DNA from: Ignavibacteria bacterium
Lineage (GTDB): Bacteria; Bacteroidota; Ignavibacteria; Tepidaquicellales; Tepidaquicellaceae
Assembly (NCBI GenBank): GCA_016710985.1
Contig: JADJTX010000015.1
Coordinates: 63,859-127,858, forward strand
Length of the DNA stretch: 64,000 nucleotides
Direction of reading: 5' to 3'
The notes beneath the pieces were generated by a model. It saw only the letters and a list, made by a program, of their open reading frames with translations, was not told the DNA's origin and did no database searches. Position numbers and translations under genes: made by a program. Positions 48,646-60,700 of the stretch are shown one piece after another (position 1 is the first letter of the stretch; each line of letters begins with the position of its first letter).

Positions 48646-49381
48646 ATTGTATTTTCAATGGCTCTAATTCCGAAGGCTGGCTTTTTATCAGTGAGTCATA
48701 AATTGCGGTAACTTCTTTTACTAAGATAGAAATTGACCAGCCATCAGAAGCTATGTGATGTAAGATCACAATTAATATATGCTCTTCCTCTTCAAGCTTG
48801 ATCAATACTGTTCGCAGCATAAAGTCTTTTGTTAAATCAAACGGAGCCTTTATTAATTGCTGTGTGTATTGACTAATGTAATCGCTATCATCTTTAAATT
48901 TTGAGCCGTCAATTACAGGAAGCTCCCAGTCATCTGACTGCTTGACAATCTGATAAGGTACCCCATCCTCTTCGAGAAATATCGTTCTGAGAACTTCATG
49001 ACGGTTTACAACTTTCCTGAAAGATTGCTCTAAAGCTCCTTTGTTTAACTTTCCTTTCAATCTGTATATTGCAGGTATGTGATACTGCAGGCTGCCCTCT
49101 AAACGGTCTACAAACCATAGCCTTTCCTGACTGAATGATAACGGGATCAGCTGAGTATTTTCTCTGTCAAAAATGCTGATTTTAGACTTACCGTTTTTAC
49201 TCCTTTTATTGTCCCTTAAAAATTCAATTATTAATGCTTTATTATCTTTTAATTGACGAAGAAGGTCCTTATCAATATCCTTATTCTTTGGAAGTTTTAA
49301 TTGCAGCTGCTCCCCAACCAAAAGTATATCAATGCCGTTCTGCTTCGCTAAATATAATAAATCAATAACAGTGTTAGTCAT
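48593..49381 (-). CDS. NRPS gene 2 start: TubC-N-like docking domain plus N-terminal half of C5
   Basis: ATG at 49379-49381 lies 33 nt after the gene 1 stop. MTNTVIDLLYLAKQNGIDILLVGEQLQLKLPKNKDIDKDLLRQLKDNKALIIEFL fits the TubC_N docking pattern. Then IPLSFSQERLWFVDRLEG...LHHIASDGWS. It ends at a +1 G-run frameshift near 48,605. Confidence 0.85.
   Translation of the reverse strand: MTNTVIDLLYLAKQNGIDILLVGEQLQLKLPKNKDIDKDLLRQLKDNKALIIEFLRDNKRSKNGKSKISIFDRENTQLIPLSFSQERLWFVDRLEGSLQYHIPAIYRLKGKLNKGALEQSFRKVVNRHEVLRTIFLEEDGVPYQIVKQSDDWELPVIDGSKFKDDSDYISQYTQQLIKAPFDLTKDFMLRTVLIKLEEEEHILIVILHHIASDGWSISILVKEVTAIYDSLIKSQPSELEPLKIQYADFALWQRKYLQGRNS
49217..49381 (-). other. TubC-N-like N-terminal docking domain of NRPS gene 2
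   Basis: The first about 55 aa fit the pattern LL..A...GI.L...G..L.......I...L...L...K..II.FL. They precede the C-domain start LSFSQERLWF. Confidence 0.6.
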
Positions 49382-49414
49382 TTGTTAAATAATTAAGAGT
49401 TGCTGTCATTTCAA

Positions 49415-49738
49415 TTAGATAATTAATTTTTCGTATTCAGCTGAATCTTTTTCCTCGTTGTAAATATTTATATTTATTTCTATGTATTTGCTAAGGTCGC
49501 TAATATTCGTAAATTTAAATAAATCTTTAATGGCTAATTCTATCTCCAGTTCTTTGAGTATGGCTGAGATCACTCTCATCGCAAGAAGCGAGTTGCCGCC
49601 AAGTTCAAAGAAATTATCGTAAACTCCAACCTTCTCTAAATTTAGAAGCTCTTTCCATATACCGGCTAATTTTTCTTCAAGCTCATTTCTTGGCGCAACA
49701 TATTCATTAGCTCTTGTCAGCTGAACTTCCAATTTCAT
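49415..49738 (-). CDS. NRPS gene 1, last fragment: T4 (PCP) plus short C-terminal docking tail, genuine stop
   Basis: YVAPRNELEEKLAGIWKELL...FFELGGNSLLAMRVISAI... then ...NIYNEEKDSAEYEKLII*. It joins ORF 49735-52653 through a frameshift in the coding-strand A6 run at 49742-49747. Confidence 0.85.
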   Translation of the reverse strand: MKLEVQLTRANEYVAPRNELEEKLAGIWKELLNLEKVGVYDNFFELGGNSLLAMRVISAILKELEIELAIKDLFKFTNISDLSKYIEININIYNEEKDSAEYEKLII

Positions 49739-52653
49739 GAGTTTTTTCTGTCAACTTTACCGCTTGATGTGAGCGGGATCTCATCAAGTATCACGAATTC
49801 TGCCGGTATCATGTAGTCAGGAAGATTTTTTCCGAGATAACTCCTTAACATAACTGTATCAAGGTCTGCGGAAATTTTTCCCGGTTTATAGAATCCAACT
49901 AACTTTCCGTTTTCCGGAACTCCATTATAAACAACTGCTGCATCTTCTATCAATGAATGTTCTTTCATCAGACTTTCTATTTCTCCAGTTTCAATTCTGT
50001 GACCGGCTATTTTTATCTGATCATCAATCCGTCCAAGGTATTCAATGTTTCCGTCCGGGAGCCAGCGCGCCAGATCACCGGTTTTATAAATTCTGTCTTC
50101 ATCATTTTTACTAAATGGATTCTTAATGAACTTTGAATCGGTTAATTCAGGCAAGTTTAAATATCCGCGCGCAAGCTGAACTCCTCCGACACATAACTCT
50201 CCTGAGGCTCCTTCAGGAACTGCATTAAGATCTTTATCGAGTATGTAAACTTTCACATTTGCTATCGGCTTACCGATTGTCACTGAACCATCCTGTAATA
50301 CAGGATTATCCGTATTTGTAACGCAAACAGAATTCTCTGTCGGACCATATGCATTGAATACGCGAACACCTGCAGTTTGCAGCTCTGTAGCCAGTGCTGC
50401 ATTCAAAGGCTCACCTGCGGAGATCATTGTCCTGATGTTTTTTAAACTTTCCTTTATCATTAACTGATATGAAGACGGTAATGTCGCAACATCGATATTC
50501 TGATTCCTGATAAGCGCTGCCATTGATTCTATTGACAATAGATCTTCTTTTCGCGGTATGATTAAGTTTGCTCCGCTCAATAATGTAGTATAAATTTCCC
50601 AGCAGGATGCATCAAAACCAATTGACGAAAACTGAAGAACATTCATGCCGGATTGAATACCAAGATATTTGATCTGACTTGTTGCTAAATTAACGGCTCC
50701 TCTGTGTTCTATTTTTACACCTTTAGGTCTTCCTGTTGTACCTGATGTATAAATTACATAAATAAGATTTACAGGCAGCGCTGAGTTTTTCAGATTACCG
50801 GATGATTGACTGCTGATGTTTACTGACTCTGTATTCACTTCTATGATCTCAACACCTTTTAGCGCAGGTAATTTTGATCTGCTCTCTTTACTGCTCAGTA
50901 TGAGCATTGCTTCAGTATCCTCAAGAATGTATTTGATACGCTCTTCAGGATATTCGGGATCAACCGGAACATAAGCTCCTCCTGCTTTTAGAATACCAAG
51001 TATCCCTATGATCATTTCTTTACTTCTCTCAATGAATAACGGCACAAGCATTTCCGCTTTCACTCCTTTGCTTTGAAGGAAATGTGCCAGCCTGTTTGAC
51101 TGCTCGTTTAGTTCTCTGTATGTTAATCTTTCATCATCAAAAACAAGAGCCGAACTCTCCGGTGTCCTGATTACCTGCTCTTCAAACAATTCAAACACTG
51201 TCTTATCCTCGGGATAATCTTTATCTGTTTTATTAAACTCTTCAAGCAATCTGTACTCCTCTGACCCGGACAGGATTTTTATTTCTCCAAACTTTAAGAA
51301 TTCATTTGATATTAACTGATGCAATACATTCCCGAAATGACTGCTGATATCCCTCACATATTTCTCAGACATTAACTCCGGTTTATAATTAAACCCTACG
51401 CTGATTCGATCTGATTTATTTACTAAAACTAAAAAAGGATAATTACTCTGCTCTTCCAGTTTTACATTCTCAACTTTCAGATTCCAGTTTTTAGATTTTA
51501 CAATATCACTGACAGGATAGTTTTCAAATACTAAAATACTGTCAAACAGATCACCCTGTACTTCTGACCATTTCTGAATTTCCTGTAATGAAACATATTG
51601 ATACTGACGTGTCGTTACCTGACTGTCCTGCAGATCACGCAGCCACTGCGCTGCTTCCATGTCTTTGCTGAATACTGCATGCAGCGGGATTGTATTGACA
51701 TACATTCCTACCCTCTGCTCAATTCCCGGAAGATCTTCCGGACGGCCTGAAACAACAATTCCATAAACAACATCATCATTCCCTGTATAACGGTGTAAAA
51801 GATAAGACCAGACTCCCTGCATTAAAGTATTTATTGTGATATGATTCTTTTGTGAATATTCTTCCAGTTTAGCTGTGACTGTTTCATTAAAATTCAAATT
51901 TACTGTTTCATAATTTCCGGAACCCTTGGTTCTCAGCTGTGTCTTTCTTATAAACGGTAGCAATGTACTTCTTTCAACACTTTTCATGTATTCACGCCAG
52001 TAATTTTCCTGATTGAACTTATCAATTCGGTCTAAATATTTTATATAATCTTCAAACTTGTCTTCTTCTTTTGTAATGAGCTCTTTGCCTGATGACAGCT
52101 GTTCATAAATACTCAAAAATTCTTCCATTAATATCTGCATCGACCAGCCGTCAAATAATAAATGGTGAGATGTCCATAACATTCTGTATCGTTCATCACT
52201 CATCCGGATAAATCCTATGCGCATCAAAGGCGCTGATTTAAGATCAAATCCCTTCCGTCTGTCTGATTTTTCATAATCTTCAACTACTACTGACTTCAAT
52301 TCAGAATTCATATCTCTGAAATCAAGAATGGTTACCGGCATCTCTGCTTCACTATAAACACACTGAACAGGCACACGGAATGCATCATAATAAAATCCGC
52401 TTCTTAAAATACTGTGAAGTTTTAATAAATGATTCCAGCTCTTTGATATAATTTCCAGATCAGGATTGATCAGTTCACAGCTTAATTGCTCAATGTATGA
52501 ATCATTATCCCTATCATACAAAGAATGAAACAGCATCCCCTGCTGAAGTCCGCTCAGCCTGTATAAACCTTCGATCGACTCTCTCCTCGCTTTGCCTTTG
52601 TACGGCTCTTCAAGGAATTTATCCAGCTCTTCATACCTGACTTCTGATCCCAA
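49735..52653 (-). CDS. NRPS gene 1 fragment: C4 (post-E type)-A4 (Phe-like code)
   Basis: LYRLSGLQQGMLFHSLYD, SHHLLFDGWS, LIYVIYTSGTTGRPKG, FNAYGPTENSVC, SSGKVDRK. Confidence 0.9.
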   Translation of the reverse strand: MGSEVRYEELDKFLEEPYKGKARRESIEGLYRLSGLQQGMLFHSLYDRDNDSYIEQLSCELINPDLEIISKSWNHLLKLHSILRSGFYYDAFRVPVQCVYSEAEMPVTILDFRDMNSELKSVVVEDYEKSDRRKGFDLKSAPLMRIGFIRMSDERYRMLWTSHHLLFDGWSMQILMEEFLSIYEQLSSGKELITKEEDKFEDYIKYLDRIDKFNQENYWREYMKSVERSTLLPFIRKTQLRTKGSGNYETVNLNFNETVTAKLEEYSQKNHITINTLMQGVWSYLLHRYTGNDDVVYGIVVSGRPEDLPGIEQRVGMYVNTIPLHAVFSKDMEAAQWLRDLQDSQVTTRQYQYVSLQEIQKWSEVQGDLFDSILVFENYPVSDIVKSKNWNLKVENVKLEEQSNYPFLVLVNKSDRISVGFNYKPELMSEKYVRDISSHFGNVLHQLISNEFLKFGEIKILSGSEEYRLLEEFNKTDKDYPEDKTVFELFEEQVIRTPESSALVFDDERLTYRELNEQSNRLAHFLQSKGVKAEMLVPLFIERSKEMIIGILGILKAGGAYVPVDPEYPEERIKYILEDTEAMLILSSKESRSKLPALKGVEIIEVNTESVNISSQSSGNLKNSALPVNLIYVIYTSGTTGRPKGVKIEHRGAVNLATSQIKYLGIQSGMNVLQFSSIGFDASCWEIYTTLLSGANLIIPRKEDLLSIESMAALIRNQNIDVATLPSSYQLMIKESLKNIRTMISAGEPLNAALATELQTAGVRVFNAYGPTENSVCVTNTDNPVLQDGSVTIGKPIANVKVYILDKDLNAVPEGASGELCVGGVQLARGYLNLPELTDSKFIKNPFSKNDEDRIYKTGDLARWLPDGNIEYLGRIDDQIKIAGHRIETGEIESLMKEHSLIEDAAVVYNGVPENGKLVGFYKPGKISADLDTVMLRSYLGKNLPDYMIPAEFVILDEIPLTSSGKVDRKNS

Positions 52654-54755
52654 TCCATAATCCGAAGGCGTAAATATCTCTCCTGATCTCTGCTGTTCAA
52701 CACAGTGCGCTATCAGTTCTTCAAGTTTCCTTTTTATATGTTTCTGTCAGCTTGGCAATCGTTTCTTTCTCAAAATGCCTGCTGCTGTAATTCCATCTCA
52801 GCGTTAACTTCCCGCCCTGCACAAATCCGTTTATCATCAGCTTCTCTTTTACAATATGCTCACCGCTTATGTCCTCTCCCTTTGACTCGCCTGCAGCTGA
52901 AAACAATTTGCCCGAGCTTACTACATTGTCAAGCTGCCCGAGATAGTTAAACACTACATCCCAGTTTCCTTTATCTCTAAGCTTCTCATCTTTGTTTATA
53001 TACTTCAATACTCCATAGCCCAGCCCCTTGTCCGGTATTCTGCGCAGCTGTTCCTTCACAGCTTTGATCGAATCCGATAAAGTTTTATTTATTTCCGGCT
53101 CAATTAGTACAGGATAAAGATTTGTAAACCAACCGACCGTCCTGCTTGTATCTATATTCTCTGAGCTTTCTGAAATGCTTTCTCTTCCGTGTCCTTCAAG
53201 TCCTATGACTATTTTATCTTTTACTCCCCATTCACAAATTGTCTGTGCAAGAGCACAAAGAAGCATGTCGTTTATCTCAGTATGATATGCACGCGGAACT
53301 TCCTGCAATAACTCCTTAGTCCTTTCAGAGTCAAGACGCATCACCTGACTTTCAAGATCTTTTGCCCTTACAGCTCCGGTAAATTCTTTGTCAACCTTCA
53401 GTGCTTCATAGCTGTCTGCTGTCTCTTCCCAGTAATTGATCTGTGATAATAATCTTCTGCTCTTTCCGTATTCAGCAAGAGCTTCATACCACTGTCTGTA
53501 TGAACTGCTCTTTAGTCCAAGTTCTGCTTTTTCATTCTTCGTAAATCCATTCAGAAGAAGTTCAAGGTCGTCAAGAATTATCCGCCATGATACTCCGTCA
53601 ACCGCAAGGTGGTGCACTATGATTAAGATCCTGTTCTTTGTTTCACTCTCAGGAGTTTCTATCAATACAAACTTTGCAATTTCTCCCTTCTCTATATTAA
53701 GACTGCTCTGATATTTCTCAGCATGCTCTTTTATCTTTTCGGCAAGAGAACTTGCTTGTGCTGATTTCAGGTCTAATAAATTCAATACGCCTTTCTCTGT
53801 CCCGTACTCCTGAATCCAGTCTCCGTCTGTTTTATGATATATAAATCTAAGTGCATCGTGATGAGCTGACAGCATTTCAACTGCAATACCGAGCATCTCC
53901 GGTGTCACTGTCTTATCTATTGATAGTAAAACACTTTGGTTAAAATGTGAAATGTCCTGAACTGAGACTGCATCAGTATCCGCTCCGTCCAGATACCATT
54001 GCTGTATCGGAAGCAATCCGCTTCTGCCTGTTAATGATCCCTGCTCTGCAGTTAATTCAGATGCCGTACGTTCTGCCAGTACTGCGCTCAGACCGCTTAT
54101 TGTCTGATGAATAAATATATCCTTCGGCTTCAATTCATATCCCATCCTCCTTGCACGGCTCAGCACCTGTATCGTTATGATCGAATCACCGCCAAGCTCG
54201 AAGAAGTTATCATTTATTCCCACACGCTCTACACGAAGCAGTTCTTTCCAGATCCCCGCCAGTACCAGCTCTGTCTCGTTTCGCGGAGCTGCATATTCAT
54301 TGCTTATAAGTTCGCTTGCATCAGGGTCCGGCAATGCTCTCTTATCGATCTTACCGTTCTGTGTCAAAGGTAGACTCTCCATCTCTACCCACAATGAAGG
54401 TATCATGTAATCCGGAAGTCTGATGTTAAGATAATTTAATATTGCCTCTTTGTTAAATGCTCCATCGGGAACGACATATCCTACAAGCCTTTTACTTTCA
54501 CCGGACGTTTGGCGCGCAAGTACTACCGACTGCCGGACCAATCCGCTTTCCTGTAAAGTATTCTCAATCTCTCCAAGCTCAATTCTGTATCCCCGTATCT
54601 TTACCTGATCATCGATCCTCCCGAGATACTCTATGTTACCGTCAGCAAGCCACCGTCCCCGGTCGCCTGTCCTGTATAGCCTTGCTCCTTCTTCCTTGCT
54701 GAACGGATCTTTTACAAATTTTTCTTCTGTCAGATCTGTGCGGTTTAAATATCCT
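52515..54755 (-). repeat. Copy 1 of an about 2.2-kb duplication shared between gene 1 and gene 2 (A3 C-terminal subdomain-T3-E3-start of C4)
   Basis: Near-identical DNA and protein to 38,030-40,263 (FVKDPFSKEEGARLYRTGDRGRWLADGNIEYLGRIDDQVKIRGYRIELGEIENTLQESGLVRQ... through ...LYRLSGLQQGMLFHSLYD). The upper junction is after cggtttaaatatcct. Confidence 0.8.
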
Positions 54756-57700
54756 CTTGCTAAACCTTCGCCTGCAATATAGATTTCACCGGGAATTCCA
54801 ACAGGCATTGGTTCACAGAAATCATTAAGAATGTATAACCGGACATTATCGATTGGCTTACCAATGGGAATGTCATTTTTAAAATCCTCTCCGGATTCTT
54901 TTGCATTAAATTCAAATACGCTGCACCCGACTGTCGCCTCAGTCGGTCCGTACTCATTTACTATGTTTACATCAATTCCTTCTTCAGTCAGATAATTGAA
55001 TTGACTGCGCAGCAACGCCTCACCGCCAACTACAATTTTCTTTGCTATGACATTTCCATTATCTTTACTGAACTTTGTCCGGAGCAACTCAAAATGAGCC
55101 GGAGTGATCTTTATGAAATCATACGGAGCGTATTTCATAAAATTTTTATCTTCAAATACGTCTAAAGATTCCTCTGAACTAATAACTATTGATTTACCAT
55201 TGATCAGCGGCATTAACATACCTGTAAGTGAAGCGTCAAATGTATAAGACAAATGTAAGAAGCTTCCGGAATTAGATTTTTCATTGCTCACATATCCGGT
55301 CTTTTTATTTAACATATAGCTTGTTAAATTTTTGTGCTCTATCATTACTCCTTTTGGTTGTCCTGTAGAACCTGATGTATAAATTACATATGCAAGCTGA
55401 CCGGGTTTGATGTCCGATTTCAAATTTTTTGAAGACTGCTTGTTTATGTCTGATAAAGCTCCGTCAATCTCTATGATGTCGATGTCAGTATTTTCTGAAG
55501 CTGATAATTTTTCACGGACTCCTTTACTGCTTAACACTATTGCTGCACCTGTGTCTTTTAGAATGTATGCAATGCGCTTTTCCGGATAATCGGGATCCAC
55601 AGGAACGTATGCTCCGCCGGCTTTCATAATACCGATTATTCCAATTACCATTTCAACTCCGCGTTCAATGCAGATCGGGACCAATGAATCTTCCCCAATT
55701 CCTTTGCTTTGCAGATAATGAGCTAATTGATTTGAGCGCTTGTTCAGTTCTTTAAAGGTCATCTTCTGATCCTTAAAGATCAAAGCATTTACGTCAGGAT
55801 TTATTTTGACCGACTCTTCAAACAGATCAACGAACGATCTGATCTTCGGATAACCTGCTTTAGTATTATTAAACTCCGCTAATACTTTGCTTATCTCTGA
55901 TTCCGAAAGCATCTTCAACGAATCTATTCTTTGCTGTGGCTTGCTGACAATTGATTCAAGGAGATTTTTAAAATGAATGATCATGCGTTCAACTGTATCC
56001 TGTCTGAACAGATCACTGCAGTATTCAACCGCTCCCTTTATACCGTCAGAAGTTTCAGTCATGCTGAAAGTCAGATCAAACTTTGATACACTGTGAACTG
56101 TCACCTCACGTGATAGTTTTAGTTTACCCAAAACCAGCTCCTCTGCCTCAGGTACATTCTGAAGTATGAACATCACCTGAAATAAAGGACTTCTGCTAAG
56201 AGATCTGTCCTTAACAACAGCGTCAACTACTTTTTCAAAAGGAACATCCTGATGAGCAAATGCCTGCAGAGTATCTTCCCTTAACAGCTTTAAAAATTCA
56301 TCAAAATAAATTGAATCTTTTACTTCACTTCGCAATGCAATCGTATTAATAAAGAACCCGATCATATCCTCGGTCTCCTGCAGCTGTCTTCCAGCAACTG
56401 GTGTCCCTACGCATACATCGTTCTGACTGCTGTAACGGTAAAGTAAAACTTTGAATGCTGCAAGCAATGTCATGAACAGAGTCGTTCCGGAATTTTTACT
56501 CAGCTCATGAATTCTTTCAGACAATTCCTTTTCCAGTCGGAAATTTAAAATTTCTCCTTTAGTACTTTGAACAGCAGGACGTGCAAAGTCAGACGGTAAA
56601 TCCAATGGTGACACTCCTTCAAGTTTCTCTTTCCAGTAGCTGAGCTTGTTCTCCAGAACTACACCCTGCAAATACTTTCGCTGCCATATTGCATAATCGG
56701 AATATTGTATCTTCAGCGGTGAAAGATTTGCTTCACGGCTTTCTTCGAAAGAATTATACAGCTCAACCAGTTCTTTTACAAGAATGGATACAGACCATCC
56801 GTCAGATGCAATATGGTGAAGTGTTACAACAAGAATATGCTCATCTTCTTTTAACCTGATCAGCGCTGCTCTCAGCATGTGATCCTTTGATAAATCGAAA
56901 GGCGTATAAATTAATTTCTGTATGTATTGATTTAATTCTTTATTGTCTTCTTCAAAAATAAAATCATCCTGAATTTCTAAATACCATTCATCTTTTTCTT
57001 TGATCTTTTGGAAAACAATACCATCCGTTTCTTCAAATACTGTTCTCAGTACTTCGTGACGATTGACTATAGTTTGTACCGACTGTATCAATGCATCCTT
57101 GTTCAATTTCCCTATTAATCGTAAAACTGCAGGTATGTGATATTGAGTGCTTCCTCCGAGATGATCAATAAACCATAACCTCTCCTGACTGAATGATAAA
57201 GGTATGAATTCAGGTTTGGATTGCTGAACTTCAATGGAAGGTAACAACTCTGTTTCGGGTTCATTGTCAATGCGCTTCGCTAAGAGTTCGATCGTCGGAT
57301 AATCAAAAACATCATTAATAGGGATTTCCACACCAAGCTCATTTCGTATTGCTGAGATTAAACTTATTGCAAGCAAAGAGTGACCGCCTATGTCAAAAAA
57401 ATCATCGGTAACTCCGACTTCATCTGTCTCGAGCACATTTTTCCATACTTCAGCTAACTTTGCTTCAGTCTCATTCCGCGGCTCAGTATATCCGGCGCTC
57501 ACAGAATCAGTTATCTCAGGATCCGGTAATGCCTTTTTGTCAATCTTCCCGTTTGAAGTTAAAGGTATGCTTTTTAGCTCTGACCATAATGAAGGGATCA
57601 TATATTTCGGCAGACGCTGAGCAAGATATGATATCATTGCTTCCTTTTCAAAATCATTTTTCGGAACAATGTAAGCTGTCAGTCTTCGGCTTCCTGATTT

Positions 57701-60700
57701 ATCTTCCTTTGCAATTACTACTGCATTATTAACAAGCTCACATTGCTGCAAAACACTTTCGATCTCACCTAACTCTACCCTGTAACCTCTTATCTTTACC
57801 TGATCATCAGCTCTTCCGGCATATTCAATTGTTCCGTCAGGCAGCCATCTGCACAGATCTCCTGTTCTGTACATCCTTTCTCCTTTTTCACTGAAAGGAT
57901 TCTTCGAAAACTTTTCAGCTGTCAGCTCAGGACGGTTCAGATATCCTCTTGATAAACCTTTTCCGGAAATACAAAGCTCTCCTGCAATTCCAACAGGCTG
58001 TAATTCATCTCTCTCATTTAGTATGTATAACTCAACATTGTCAATTGGCTTACCTATAGGAATTTCGTTGTTCATTATTTCCGTGTCTCTCAGTGTATTA
58101 AACCAATAAGTGCTGCATCCTACAGTAGCTTCTGTCGGACCATACTCGTTTATTATTTCGGCATCAATTCCTTTCTCAATTAAAATACTTAGCTGACTCT
58201 TTAATAAAGCCTCACCACCGATCACTAACTTCTTTGTTAATAATTTCCCGTCTGCAGTTTTCATTTTTGACTGAAGCAGCTCTAAGTGAGAGGGAGTTAT
58301 TTTTATGAAATCATACGGGGCATATTTATGAAGATTGGTATCTTCGAATGCGTTGACTGACTGCTTTGAACTAATGACAACTGACTTACCGTGAATTAAC
58401 GGCATGAAAATTCCTGTTACAGAAGCATCAAATGTATAGGACAAATGTAAAAAGCTCCCCGCACTGTTCACGTCGTCAGTAACATATTTTGTTACGCTGT
58501 TGACAAGGTAATTATACAGATTCCCGTGTTCTATCATTACGCCTTTAGGTCTTCCGGTTGAACCTGAAGTATATATCACATATGCAAGATCATTTTCCTT
58601 TACATCAATTCTTAAATTGCCTGCCGGCAGATCATCAAACTGTGATGCGGGTTCATCAATTACTAGAATGTTGTTTCCCTTAAACTTTACTCTGTTCGCT
58701 TTATTAGTTACAATCAACCCAGTATCGGTATCTTCAAGCATCTGCTTTATTCTTGCCTCAGGATAATCCGGATCAATCGGCACGTAAGCTCCGCCCGCTT
58801 TAAGTATACCAAGTATACCATTAATCATTTCAACCGAATACTCAATGCAGATGAAAACAGGACTGTCAGCTTTCACACCTTTGCTGCTAAGATAATGTGC
58901 TAATCTGTTTGAACGTTCGTTCAATTCTTTATAGGTGACCTTTCTGTCTTTAAAAATAACCGCAGTGTCATTAGGGGTTTTCTTTACCTGCTCTTCAAAT
59001 AAATTTACAACACTTCTGAATTCCGCTTTATCAGCTGTGATTTTATTAAACTCATGTAAAAGCTGATGCTCTTCTTCATTTGTCAGGAGCTTAACATCTC
59101 CCAGCGACTCTTTTTCGTTTTGTATAAACTGAAGTAATATATTCTCAAAGTGTTTCTGTATTTCTTTCAGATACTCATCCTTTAACAATCCTGAATTATA
59201 TGAAAACCTGACACTGAGCTTCTCTGAACTTATTACTGTAAGACTTAACGGATAATTGTTCTGTTCATTAATTACAAAATTCTCCGCTTTGAGATTCTGA
59301 TCAGCGGATTTAAACTTATTCATTGGGAAATTCTGAAAAGTAACTGTGCTGTCAAAAAGATCACCCTGCATACCTGTCCATTTTTGTATATCCATCATTG
59401 ATGTATACTGATACTGCCGGGCTGAGGCTTCCTGATACTGTATTTCCTGCAACCAGTCAATTACTCTTTTACTTTCATCTATTGTCGCGTGCGAAGGTAT
59501 AGTATTGATGTATATTCCTACCCTCTTCTCGACTCCGTGCAGATCCTCAGGTCGACCCGAGACTGTCACGCCGTATATAATGTCTTTGCTTCCTGTATAT
59601 TTATGCAGCAGGTAAAACCATACTCCCTGGATCAAAGTATTGAGAGTAATTCTGTGCTCTTGTGCATAACTGTTTATTCGCTGTGCTGTATCAGTTTCAA
59701 ATTTTAATATATCAAGTTTACATGGTCCCAGACCTTTTGTCCTGTCTGAAGTAGTTCCTATAAAAGGCAGTAATGTATTGTTCTCAATTCCGTTAAGATA
59801 ATTTCGCCAGAAATTCTCTTCCTTCTCTTTATCCTGACGTTCAATGTATCTGATGTAATCTTCATATCTGTCGTTCTCAGCTGCATCAATTTCTTTACCT
59901 GATGAAAGTAACTCATAAGTGTTCAGAAATTCTTTGATCAGTGTCTGAATTGACCATCCGTCTATCAGTATATGATGGTATGTCATTAACATCCTGTACC
60001 GGTTTTCGCTCAGCCTTAATAATCCCATACGGAAGAGCGGTGCTGAATTGAAATCAAAGCCCTTCATTCTGTCAGTCTCTGTGTATTCCTTTAGTAATTT
60101 TTCCTGCTCATCTTTTTCATAATTCCTGTAGTCTGATTCTTCAGATGGAATTTCAACATTCCTGTAAACACACTGAACAGGTACACGGAATATGTCATAA
60201 TAAAAAGCGCTTCGCAGTATGCTGTGGTTACTTATTCCAATGTTCCAGCTTTTTTTCAGCATCTCAATGTCAGGTTCTATCAGACCACATTGAAACTGAT
60301 TTATATATGATCCGGCTTTACCGTCATAAAGACTGTGAAATAACATCCCCTGCTGTATCCCGCTTAAACGGTATATTCCCTCTACGGACTCACTCCTGGC
60401 TTTACCTCTGTATGGCTCATTCAAAAATTTATCCAGCTCTGAATAATTTATTTCAGAACCAAGTCCATAATCTGATGGCGTGTAAACTATTCCGGTTTTT
60501 TGCTGCTCAGTACAATGAGAAATCAGTGACTCTAAAGCTGACTGATACTTTTTAATCAGATTTGAAATTGTTTCCTTTTCATAATGAAGACTGCTGTAAC
60601 TCCAGTTCAATCTCAGCTCTCCGCCCTGCACAAAACCGTTAACCGATAGCTGATTACTTACTGTACGCATGTCCCCGGAATTTGGACCCCCTGACTCTCC

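Noticed and set aside
30650-54755. The kb-scale repeats as insertion sequences or other mobile elements.
   Set aside because: Both repeat families are in-frame NRPS domain sequence (C-A-T-C and A-T-E). They have no terminal inverted repeats, no transposase and no target-site duplications. They represent module paralogy.
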